This document shows positions 25,559 to 37,696 of a DNA stretch of 64,000 nucleotides, in pieces (the first letter of the stretch is position 1; each line of letters begins with the position of its first letter). The stretch lies in contig LSRY02000030.1 of NCBI GenBank assembly GCA_001643675.2, positions 248,001 through 312,000 on the forward strand, written 5' to 3'. The position numbers and the translations under genes were made by a program. Source of the stretch: Monocercomonoides exilis PA203. Taxonomy: Eukaryota > Protista > Preaxostyla. The notes under the pieces were generated by a model. It was not told where the DNA came from and made no database searches. It worked only from the letters and a program-made list of their open reading frames with translations.

Positions 25559-27528
25559 AATGAAGCGAAGGCAACGAAAGAAGAACTTGACAAGAAGAAA
25601 ACGGAATGACGTCGAGGAAAAGAAAGAAGGAAAGATGAAGAGAAAAAGTGGAGATTAAATGAGGCACAAATAGAGTGAAAAGGGAGAGGGAGAAAGGCAG
25701 AGAAAAAGGTGCATCGTTCAAAGGATTAAAAGTGCAATATTTGTCAATCATGCAATTGAAGCTGTTCCGGATGAGGACGAAGAAGAAAGAAAGAAAGAAA
25801 GGATGAGGTGTCTTTCATGAAACATTCTCCACCTTTCAAAGCAGCAAAGACTGAGATATTTAAATGAGAAGACACAGAATTCTTCGAAATCAGCTTTGAG
25901 AGAAAAGAAGAAGAAAACATTTGTATTAGCCATTCCTGCAAACGCTCAAGAAGATCAGCCCAAACGGGGAATTTTGATGAAGAAAGAAGAAAAAGATGAG
26001 AAGAGATGAGAGAGATGAAGAAGAAAGAAAAAGTGAATTGAAAAAGAGAATGATAAGCAACACTTATTTGCATGTCTCTATCAGCCAGACAACAACAATG
26101 CACTCAGAAAAAATACATTTCTATTCCTATTCCACACCAACATCATCATCTCATCTTCTTCATTTCCTTCTTCTTCTTCTTCTTTCTTACAGGAAAGGCC
26201 TTCATTCTTCGATTGTGAGCCCGACTCTTCGCTGATTGTTCTGTTGTCTTCGTTTTTGTGTCTGTTTGGTCTGATCAGAGGCAGAATATAAAGGGCTATT
26301 TCAGCACAAGAGAAAGATTGAAAGAGAAAAGGCAGACAAATGAAAGAATGGTGACATTGTTCATTCGAAATGCGAGATATGTGGTGATGTTCGAGAGAGA
26401 AGAGAAGAGAAGAAGAGAAGAAGGTGAAAAGAGAGAGATTGATGGAAATACATCAAATGAAGTGGATGATTGAAGAGGAATGCAATGAAAAGAAGATGAA
26501 CTCTGAATAATCAACTGATTTTCATTTAACATGAGATGGAAAGAAGATATTTGTGTTTCAGCGATTCTTATTCAACTGCTCAAACCTCATTTTCCTCGTC
26601 TTCATTTGAAGATGCTTCTTTTATCTTCCACTCAATTGTCTTCGTTCCCTTATTTCTTCATATGAAATCAGCTGCGTTTGATGGCCAACATTCTGTTCTG
26701 CATGTTCCAGCAGATGAGGCAGTTCACTTCATTCTCTTCTGTTGATGAAACAGTTCTTGAGTGATCTTCCTCTTCTGAACATTCAACTTTTCCGATGGCT
26801 GTTTCATCTCTACCAATTTGCTCCTTCTTTGTTGTGTTTTCTTCGTTTCTTGTCATAATCAATTTCTTCTTCTTCTTCTTTGGAAGACTGTTCATTGGAT
26901 GGAGATTGCTTCACTCGACAGAAGTCTCAAGATTGCATCAATCAGCTGTATGTATGTTGCATGTTGGTGTTTATATTGCGTGAGAGTGATAGAGAGGACC
27001 GAATGGTTGGAAGAATATGGAAAGGGTGTTCATTAGTGAACAAAAAGGATGAGAAAGAAAAAGAGAGAGAAAGTGTGGAAAAGACTTTTTCTTTATTGAA
27101 CAGGAATAATCATGTTATTTATTTTTGTGTTCATTTCTTCACTCATTTTTTCATTTTTCGATTATATTACCATGAAGTGGAGTTATTTTTTTAGCCAGAA
27201 CATTTTGTAAAATAATACAGTGAAAATTGAAAGAAACACAAATATGGAAGAATTTTCCACCTTTTTAAAATTCGAGTCTTAATCAAACATCGGTAATTTT
27301 TCGAAAAAAATAAATTTTTAAGAATTCTGGAAGCTTTTCGAAAGATGAAACAATTGTAAAAATAAAATCAATATTTTTCTGTTTTTTCCATTATCTTATT
27401 TTGCTTTTCAGAATTTAATTTTAAAAAAAAAAAATTGGAGCACTTTTAGTTAAAGACTTCCAATCTCAGAAAAATCAACACATCGAAAAAAATTATGACG
27501 AAAACAATTTCCCATCAATTTGATAATA

Positions 27529-27926
27529 CAGATATCTCATAAAATACCGGACTTCGCAAAAAATACCGGACAAGATCGATATCTCAATAACCGCAAGAAG
27601 AAAAATTCTGATAATTTTCCTCAATATACATCTCATCAACACAAATTCATTTGATATGCAAAACTTTCAAAACAGCTTCGTTTGTGCTCAGAAAAAATTA
27701 ATGATTGATATCAGGGAGAAATAGGATTTTGAGTTTTTTCGAGATTTCGATGCATATTTTTTTCTGAGCACAAATGAAGCTATTTTGAAAGTTTTGCATA
27801 TCAAATGAATTTGTGTTGATGAGGTGTATTTTGAGGAAAATTGACAGAATTATTCCTCTTGCAGTTATTGTGAAATCGATCTTGTCCGGTATTTTGTGCG
27901 ATGTCCGGAATTTTATGCGATATCTG
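27529..27926. mobile_element. CAG-terminal palindromic MITE (Tc1/pogo-type, TA target)
   Basis: Ends cagatatctcataaaataccggac.. and ..gtccggaattttatgcgatatctg, with long imperfect inverted arms. TA on the left, TC on the right. Same family as 36490-36867 and 42331-42729. Confidence 0.88.
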
Positions 27927-28699
27927 TCCATTGCTTATAAACATTATCACTTGTTATTCGAAAACAAATTTATTGGATAAGAAGTTTTTTGAAGAACATA
28001 TAGATTCCAAAACACTGGGGTTTATTAAAGTGTGTGATTTTTTTTGATATCATAAAAATTTACGAAGTTTGATCAAAATATTTTTTCATTAAGGGTGTGG
28101 TTGAAAAGAAAAAAGAAAGTGATGATCACGCAAATATGGTGATAAATTATATATATATTATAAATCTTTGGTTGATTTTAATTTGTTTCCAATTGTTTTT
28201 ATTACAAAAATAAGAAAAAACTTAAAAAATTATTCAAAAAATTTCGAAAATTTGATTAACAGAAAAAAACAAAAGTTCACTGGTTTGTAAAACATGATAA
28301 TAATTACAACTATACGTAATTTATCAATTTCTTATAAAGTAATTAGTTTTATGATGTTGTTGCAAAGAAAATTTCTTATTGATATTGAAGATCTTTAAAC
28401 ATTTATTGAAAATGAACAATTTTCAAAAATTAACATCGAAAAATTCAATAGTTGAAAAAGATATTTATCAGATATACAACGGTTTGCTGTTTATTTTTGT
28501 TAAGAAACAAAAAATTCTTTAAATTAGTTATTCTTCTAAATTGATCAAACAAAGATATTGAAAAATTATAAAGAAAATAATAAAAATTGAATAGAAATAT
28601 GTAAATTTTTGTTTTTTACACTAAAAAAGCTTCTATCACACGAACATCTTCATTTTATTTTCCTGCTTTCGTTTTTCCGTTGATTCTCCATATTTCTAC

Positions 28700-30620
28700 C
28701 TCGTCTCTTATCCTTCATCCAGATATCCACACCTGATGCTCCTATCGTTTTGTCGCGACGCTCCTTTTCCATACGGGCTTAACAAAAAAGCTTTGCGAAT
28801 GCAATGGTTGATGTTGCAGAAGAGCGTACGTCTCTCGAAAACTACTCCCTCGCCTCTTCATCATTATCATATCCGTTTCTGCATCCACTTCAGCTAAACT
28901 TGAATTCCTCTCAGTCTCAACCTCTTGGCTCCCTAGCAATTCCCTCGTGGCTATCTGCCCATCTGCTCTGGATAGCTCCGCTTCTCTGGCTGGCTTGGCT
29001 GCTCCAGATCAAAGAACAATAATCGTTTTTCACTCCTCCAATAATGCCAACATTGTGCACTCATCCAACCGAGCAGCTCTTGTGTTAATTTAGAAAGGTG
29101 ATGTGCCTTTGACTGAGCTTCTGAGGTTTATGTGTTCACCAGTTATGTGAGCGAAGAGTCTTCTGAGGGCGGAGTTGCAATGGTGTTCCTCAACTGCGAG
29201 AAATCGTTGCTGCTCTTGTCCGAAGGCATTTTCAACTTCTGCTTCGTCTTGAATCATGTGTTCATGGGAAAGGACCTCTTTCTCCGATGCTCCTCCATCC
29301 CCGCCCAAATCAACGAGTCCCTCTTTTCCTTCGGCTTCACTCAGCATTCTTTCGCTTGAAACACGTCAATCTGCGAGTTTTACTTCTCCCACACAGACCC
29401 CGACCTCGATGTCGACCTCCTCCCCTTCATCACCTTCTTCCGCACCAACCATATATTTGTCAATCAAGATACCTGCTCCTCTGCGCACCATTGCGGCTCC
29501 CCGCTTGCCCCCTGGTCCCCACCTCCGCAGATATCCTCCATATCAAAAGTTTATTTTGTATTTCCACCATTTGAATCATATCTGTCTCTTTAAGTCTTGT
29601 TCCTGCTCATTTATCCTTCGCCAACTCTCTGATGTCATATCTCACAAGCTGCATCCTCATTTGCTAGCACATCTTTTCCCATTATTCATACTCCTTCGCT
29701 CGCTCTTCCCTCTTCTCCTTCCTCGTCGTATCTCTTGCTGTGACCTTTTCTCTCCTTTCTCCTTCCGACAAATATCTTCACCTCAACCACATACTTCTTT
29801 GTGCTTGAAGAGGATATCTCAGCCTCTTCCAATCCGATCTTCGTGCTCTTACTAATTCCTGCGTCTTTCTCCCCAACGTCAACATCTCTACACAAAACGC
29901 TGCTTCAATCGAATTCGCTTTTGATGATGAATCCAACAGTTCAGCACAGCATCTTATATCAACGTATATCGCAATTGAAAGCGGTAAAATTGTTCTTATT
30001 TATCTTTTTGGAATAAAAATATCCGAAAGTCACTTCAGCTTGATGCACTCCGTCTTAACTACCATCTTGATTGGAAACCTTATCAGCAACATATACGGCT
30101 GAAACATCAACATGGCTCCAGTGTATCTCTTACTGCACCATACTCCAGAACGGAACTTCTACATCATTTGGGAGTGCAGTCGCGTTTATCCATTGATCTA
30201 TAGCTGTACTCGTGACATGCTCAATAAATAGATTCGCTCTGCAGCTGCCACAAGGATCCATTGGACACTGCATCTGATTCATAAGAAAGTGTCTGTGAAT
30301 GAATAGCCTTTCTGATTCATTACAAAAGAAGAACAGCAGAACATAGTCTCCGCAGAAACACTTGCTTGTATCAACTGCTGTAAGTTCACCAATAGCCCCG
30401 TCTTCCCTAATAATTAATCCGCTTGCTAAAACTTCACCTCCTTCTCGCTGTTCTCTCATTATTGCCTTTCCCTGGAGAGGTGATGGCATGCTCTTCCGCA
30501 CCTCCTCGTGGCTTCTCAACCGCGAACGTTCCCTCAACGGTATCATATCTCAGCGCACTTCCACATTCTTCGTATCTGTGCTCCATAACGCTCATGAAAA
30601 AGAAGCAACAGATAAAATGA
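28700..30620 (+). pseudogene. Decayed paralog of the large surface-protein family seen at 60884-64000
   Basis: FVLNHVFMGKDLFLRCSSIPAQINESLF..DVDLLPFITF matches FVMNEAHVGKDMFVRCHSIEHQINETLF..DVDLIPLITF. RGDGMLFRTSSWLLNRERSLNGIISQRTSTFF matches GGDGWERNTSLWILDEGCELGGIATERGSSFF. Many frameshifts. Confidence 0.78.
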
Positions 30621-31012
30621 TTCAGATATTCAACGTATTCTTTCCTGCCACATTGTTTCCTGTTCTGGTTCATCATCTTCTTCTCCTCCAACTTCTCCCC
30701 ATTTCCATTTAACTTCCTTATTTTTTAAAACCTCAGCAATTTTCACTTACCAATTTCCATTTATCATATCCTGTCTAAACGAATTCTTCTATCTCTTCAT
30801 CTTTATTCTCTTCATTGACTTTTCAATCTTCTTCTCATTTTCAACTGTTTTTTTTTTCTTCAGAAATACTCTTCTTCTATCTTTCAATAATCATCCCATA
30901 TAAAGATGAGAAAAAAATAAAAGAAGAAATCCAATCATATGAAGAAAGAGATGATGATGAAAAAGTGGTGTTATATGATGTTTATGCACACAAAGAAGAT
31001 GAAATAGAAGAA

Positions 31013-31043
<31 letters not shown>

Positions 31044-33099
31044 AAGAAGAAGACGTCGAAGACGGCGAAGAAGATTGGCGGCAGTTAAAGGAGGTTTTGT
31101 AATGAAAGTGATCGAAGTTGCATTTGAACATGTTTCATCTACTGCTTCTTTTTCCCCATCCGAAGAAGAGGTAGCAAAAGAGCAAGATATTTGGACATAG
31201 CAACATTCAGTTGCCCCACAATCAACTGGCCGTGATGACGATCAGAAGGAAGATGATATAAAAGAAGATACAAATTCTTGCTGCTCCGTTCTTTCAGCAG
31301 CCGCTCCTTCAAATTGTTCAGATTTTGACGAATAAATTTGGTCATCCATGGGTCCTTCTAAAGATTCTGAGGTTTTCGTGTTTGCGTATCCTTCTCAGCA
31401 TCTTCTTCCTTCTCTTTCACTTTCACTCTCTTCTTCATTTCCTTTTCTGACTTTTTCAAGTTCTTTGTTAATTTCTTTTCTAAATTCCTTTTATAACCTC
31501 CTTTCATCTGCATTGATGGCAATTCACCTCAATCTCCCTCATTTCCTAGACCACCTTCATCTTTTAAATCATCATTTCACCTCTTCATTTTCTCCACTTT
31601 CTGTCCATTTCGATCTGAGCACTCAACAAAATGAATCAGAATTCTTGTGATTATTAAAAAATAAGGTTCATCTTTCCCTTTTGCCTCTGGCTCAACAGAA
31701 CTCTTCATCTGAAAGCCAGCCCTTCTTCTGTGTGGATGAAGACATGCAGAATGGGAAGAAAGCAAACCAAGTGGAAAAGCAGAGAAAAGAGAAGAAGAAG
31801 AAGAATGGGAAGGTTGCTGTTTATTCTGCGCCTGGGAATGAATACGGAGTTGCAGTTGAGAATAGCAGAAGAGGGAAAATGAGTTTCTGGAAGCTGAGTA
31901 AAATCGAAGTTGGAAATTTGCACAAAGTTACCTTTTTTGTCACTTTATGCATTAATATAACTAAAATGTCTCCGTTACAGTCATTTGTTTCCGTCTTTCA
32001 TTCGCCTCGCTTTATCTACTTTTAAGCTGTTTTTCTTTCTGTTCTCAAAAAGAAATGAAATATTTTCCTTTATATTTTCTCCAGTTGCACCTATTTTCAG
32101 CTTGAAATAACTGTGTAGGCGGAGGAGCGAACGAATAATAAACAGCGCTAGCAGATGCCAATAAAACTCGCGGTTGATAATAACTTCTGAAATTTTTATA
32201 GGAAATTGTACTGCCGTTTGAAAAATGTTGTTGATGTTGTCGCTTAAACTTCTTCTTTTTTTATCATATTTGGTGTGATTTTTCCTGATCGTTCGTTTAG
32301 TGTTCTCGTAATCATCATATGTGGTGATTCTTTCTTCTTCAATTTAATCATATTTCATTTTCTCATCTTCTTCATTCATTTCTCCTACTCTTTCTATTTC
32401 TCTCATTTTCTCGGAGTATTTTCTTGATCATTCATCTTCATCTGCAAATTCATCTGTTCTTCATTTGATCGATTAAACAGCAAATGGGAAGATCTGAACG
32501 TAAAATAACACATTGCTTCAAATTCAGTCGAAATTTACAACACAAATTGGATAATGCATCAGAGATGATGATATAATGGAATGGGATATGGAAGAAGAAA
32601 AAAAATTAGAGAGAGGGAAAGGGAATGAAGAAAAAAAAGTTGAAATCGAATTAGATTGGCTTTTGTATTTTTCTCTGTTTTTGTTTTTGTTGTTGTTGTC
32701 ACATGCGTTGTGAAAGACAACATGCAGGTGAGTGTTAATAGCACGCAGCATCTTCTCCAGCCCCAGTCTGATTGGCATAATCGATTCTGCATTCTTCAGA
32801 TATATGATGCGGTATTGCACAGTGAAAGAATACTGTTTGTTTTCTGAGTCGTCTTTGATGGATAATGGATGGAAGATATCAGAGATCGAGGGAAGAGTTA
32901 GGCAACGAACAAAAAGAATAAAAACAGGATTGATTTGATGGAAGTTGGTGAACAAGTGGGTGAGCAGAAGAGCTTCAGGATGAGCCAGAAAACGGGAATT
33001 TGAGGTGTCTTGACTGATCAATGGTTGAAGCAATTTAATTTATGTAAGCATTGTTTTCATCATATTCGCTCTTCCTTCTTTTGAAGTTCTTTTGATTGA

Positions 33100-35050
33100 A
33101 AGGTATCTTCTGAAGAATATTCACTCACCATCCCTGTATTGGCTGAAAGTTGCTGAATTCTTCTGATAGAGTCGCTGGATCAATCTAGCTGTTACAAGAA
33201 GAAGAAGAAGAAGAAGCAGTTGTAAAAGCAATTCCTTCTTCCTTTTTCTTTTTCTCTTCTTTCTCTTCTTTCTCTTCTTCTTCTTCTTCTTCTGAATCTC
33301 CTTCTTCAAAGCGCGTTCTATTCCTCCACGCTGCATTCTCCTTCTCCTGCTCCAAATCTGCCTGCTCAAAGTTATTCTCCACAAGTTCACATCTCACCAA
33401 CTCTTTTTCCAGTGCAAAAAACGTGTTAAGTTTTGCCACTCAACCAGATGCAGCGCCCGCACACTCATCACATACGCAAGTCGGTTGATCAGATAAAGAC
33501 AATGGTCTCCATAATGAGGAGGAGAAGAAAGAGAATTAGAAGAAGAAGAAGAAGTATGATTTTGAGATTTGTGTGAATGTTTTTTGAGATTTTGAGATGA
33601 TTCTAATTCTTTGTTCTCTTCTTCTTCAACGTTTTCGTTTTATGAAGACATTTCAGAATCTCTTCCATCAATTGTTGATGTATTCTCCTTATTGAAAAAA
33701 CAGCTCTTTCAAAAATGTTTATGATGTGATAGAATCGTTTGGGATGGTTGCTGAATGAAGAGAGCAGACGCGCCCAGTCATTTGTGGTGAAATATGTGTG
33801 TGGAGAACAAGATGTGGAGATTATTTGGCTGGAAGAAGAAGAAGAGGAGGAGGAAGAAGATTTTTCGCATTTATTTGTGTTAAATTTATCGAAACTTGCA
33901 AGTGATGATGATGTTGATGTTCCTCTTTTGTGGTCGATTTTGTAACCAAAAGGCGCTCTTTGCTCTTTCTTCATTCTCATCCCTTGCATTCCCTTCGGAG
34001 TTCGATAAGTCAGTCCTTTTTGTGTTTTCCCTTTGTTTCCCTCTTCTTTCTCTTCATCTTTCTCCTTCTCTTCCTCTTCCTCTTCCTCTCCATACGGAAC
34101 ATATCTAATTTACGAAGCACATACCACAAAGTTGTATATTGCAAACTCACTCGGCTGCATCATCAGCGCATGTCGCACTTGATTCGCTCTGAAGACGCAG
34201 GATGAGCCAAAATCCATTCGAACATCTCGTTCTGCTGATTGCCTAGCATGTTATGGATAATCTGAGTCATCTGTAAAGTCGTTTGCTTCGTTGTTTTCTT
34301 CGTCTTTCTCATCTTCGCTCGCTTCGTAGAAGGAGTCCGAATAAGCAGATCGATGGTGAGAATAAATTTGTGGAGAAAAAGAAGAAGATAATGATGGTGT
34401 ATTCCGATGATTTCTTGTATCTATGTCCTGCGCTTGTGACGAATTCTGTTTGTGTTCCTTTTGCTTCGCCTTCTTTTCTGTATTTTGTTCTCATTCATCA
34501 TTAAGCCTATTTTCCACAGTGTCTTTGATCACCTGCTCTCTGAAGAAGTTCGATTCGCTCCAGTCAAATTCTTCTTTTTGCAGCTTGCTTAATTCATCCT
34601 TCATCTTTTTGTATCTTCTGTTTTGCCATTTCTTCGTATCTTTGCTTTTTGTGTTCCGAATCACTCTTTTCTTCTTCACACTCTTGATATTTATCTCATC
34701 TTCCTCTATCTTCCTCCTCTCCCTCTCCATTTCCATCTCCCTCTTTTTTTCTCTTTCTCTTTCTCGCTCTTCTCGTCTGCTTCCCTGCCATTTCTCCTCA
34801 CTGCTGCTTGTTCTGAAAGATGCCGTGCTTTCCCACTGCCACGATGTCCTCAAACACGCCAACAACCGCACCGCTCACGAAACATTCTGTGGAAAAACGA
34901 AAAGTCGAATCGAAGCTCATCTCCAGCGCCGCTTGCATCACGCTCATCGCTTCTGACCGAGAGTCGGTGGTGGATTTGGAAGAAGAAGAAGAGGACGAGG
35001 AAGAGGAAGAGGAAAATAAGGAAGAAGGAGAAGATCTGAAAAATGGATTT
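33100..35050 (-). pseudogene. Low-complexity (E/K/S-rich) coding-like region, fragmented; product unknown
   Basis: Successive minus-strand charged ORF pieces (34491-34871, 33603-33989, 33185-33439); no recognisable domain. Confidence 0.3.
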
Positions 35051-36381
35051 GTCTCATTTGAAGAAAAAGGAGAAGTGCATTTATGAGGTTATTGAAGATC
35101 GAGAATTTTGTAGATGAATGAAAATTAAAATTAATAAAGAAATTCAATGAAACGTTATTTCTAATATTTTTCTTCTATTTCTCATGTTCTTCTTGTTACA
35201 GTGTTCACAAAATTCATCATTAATTCTTCTTCATCTTCTTTCTTTCGTTAATGCTAATAAGAAACATGCGACAATTCCTTTTTCCTCTTTTTGATTTCAT
35301 CTCTTAAGCTTTCAATTCCCCTTGTTTCACAAAAAATCATCTTTCCTCAAAAACTAATTCTTTGCCAAAGCCCAATGCCAGGGATCTTCGAAATATCTCG
35401 CATTTCATCTATCTGTATTTTTTTTCCCCAACTTTTCTTTTTCTTCTTCAAAGCCACCTAATCCTTCACTCTTTCAGCAACCTGAATGAAAAAATAATAA
35501 TCACTTCAAAAAAACAACAACAACAAACCTTTTTACCATTTCTATAAGCAATTTTCTATATTTTATCCCATAGGCAGCTGTTTCTTCCATAAAATTCATT
35601 ATTCCTTCCTTTTTCCAAGTGTTTCATCATCTGATTCGCTAATCGTCCTTTCCAGAAGTCATTTTTCTATTAAATGCATCGATTTCTGTTTCTTCTGAAA
35701 AATGTGAAACTTATGTATTTTCTTCAATTTCATCTTTCTCATTGAAAAACATCATTGTTTCTCGTCTGAAAATATCATCTCCAATTCCCTTCCCAATCCC
35801 TTCACCCTGGGCACTTTCCATATGAATTCTCTCTCCCAACTCGATAGCCACCCTGCACAACGAGATATCCCGCTTTTATTCATTTTCATTCTTTTCCGCC
35901 TATTGCCCTGAAAGAAACACAAAAAATGTTAATAAGCAGATATTCATATAAAGAAAACCAAAAAAGACCAAACTGTTCTTCGACTGTTTTTTGCCAAACA
36001 GCTTCGTTTCCACAGCCATCATACAAATATTTTCAATTAAAACAAAGAAAGAACACATATTGATTATCTAGAAGAAAGATTTGTTTTAAAACATGTGTTT
36101 TTATCATAAAATAACAAAAAACAAACCTCGATGCAACGCCAATGTGGAGAAAAATTGTTGAAAGAACATTTTGAAATAAAGTTATGGAATTTTTTCTCAT
36201 TGAAAAGAGTTCAAAACACACATTTTTTTAAATCATTTTTAATGAATAATGTTGTTTTGATAATTATGAAGCGTATGAACACAAATAGAAAATATACATT
36301 TTCTCGTTCTTGAAAGAACAAAAAAGTGAAAAAAATTCACAGATTTTTGATCTGAAAATTTGAGATACATTTTTCGAAAAA

Positions 36382-36481
36382 GAGGTCACACCTTGGTACC
36401 CCTTTTTTTGATATATTTCACACACCCTCATAACAACAAATCGATTCGTGCAAAAAAAATGCCACCCAAGGTGTGACCCTC
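36382..36481. repeat. 100-bp mini-element with GAG...CTC termini (mirror copy 42738-42837)
   Basis: GAGGTCACACCTTGG...CCAAGGTGTGACCCTC inverted ends. Confidence 0.7.
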
Positions 36482-36489
36482 GTGGGATA

Positions 36490-36867
36490 CAGATATCGCA
36501 TAAAATACCGGACATCGCACAAAATACCGGACAAGATCGATTTCACAATAACTGCAAGAGGAATAATTCTGTCAATTTTCCTCAAAATATATCTCATTAA
36601 GACAAACTCATTAGACATACGAGAATTTCAAAATTGCTTCATTTGTGCTCGGAAAAAAATACAATCGAAATTTGGGGGAAACTCAAAATCCTATTTCTCC
36701 CTGATATCAATCATTAATTTTTTCTGAGCACAAACGAAGCTGTTTTGAAAGTTTTGCATATCAAATGAATTTGTGTTGATGAGATGTATATTGAGGAAAA
36801 TTATCAGAATTTTTCTTCTTGCGGTTATTGAGATATCGATCTTGTCCGGTATTTTATGCGATATCTG
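36490..36867. mobile_element. CAG-terminal palindromic MITE, TA TSD
   Basis: TA 36488-36489 | cagatatcgcataaaataccggac ... gtccggtattttatgcgatatctg | TA 36868-36869. Confidence 0.9.
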
Positions 36868-37696
36868 TACCTAAAAAATATTTTTACCTTATGATCATAT
36901 CCATAATTATTTTATTTAACAAAAAATTGTCTGACTTTAGCGTTATGAGACGATTGTTTATCATTTGTTATTTGCACAAAAATTTAACATTCTGTCATTA
37001 TTTTGTAATATATAATATTGTTTTTCTGCTTATGTTGAGAGAAATTTTTTCAATTTTATTAATAAAAGTTTTGAAAATGAATAATTTTTTTTCACTTTTT
37101 TTAATCTTCAAAATTTAAAAAGAATAAATTATCTCGAGTGGTTTACCAAAAGATTATAAATTGAACAAAAAATGTTTCATCATTATTGTTTAAAAAAAAA
37201 ATTTCACATTTGATTTTGAACGAATTATCCAATTATTAAAGAATTATTTACGACATTGTTTCTGTGAAAAAAATATATTTTTTCAATAACTTTCAAATAT
37301 ATTAATCAGTCATCCAAACATATATTTGCAATTTTGTCAATTGAATTAAAATTAAAAAATCAAAAGTTTTTCTAATCTTTTATCTCTCATAATATTTTTT
37401 CTTGAAAAAACATATTTTTGCTGAAATCAAACAACTCAATATTTATTTAAAAATAAAGAAAAGAAAATCAGTTAAATATTAAATTTTGTTGATAATCAAA
37501 TTTTTTGTATTTATTTTTTTTTATTTTGTGATTTTATTTATGAGCTTTTTGGCTAACTATGTATCTTCTTATAATATAAAATAGTGAGAAAGAAAAAAAA
37601 TTCAAAAAAATTATAAAAAAAAACAATGAATGACTACGGAATTTTGTTGATTTTTTCATATTGAAAATTCCATAATTAAAAAAATATTTCACAAAA

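Noticed and set aside
36490-36560. Repeated aaaataccggac boxes as a CRISPR-like array
   Set aside because: Only two units per end, with 7-bp gaps, in TIR orientation; eukaryotic context and no cas genes.
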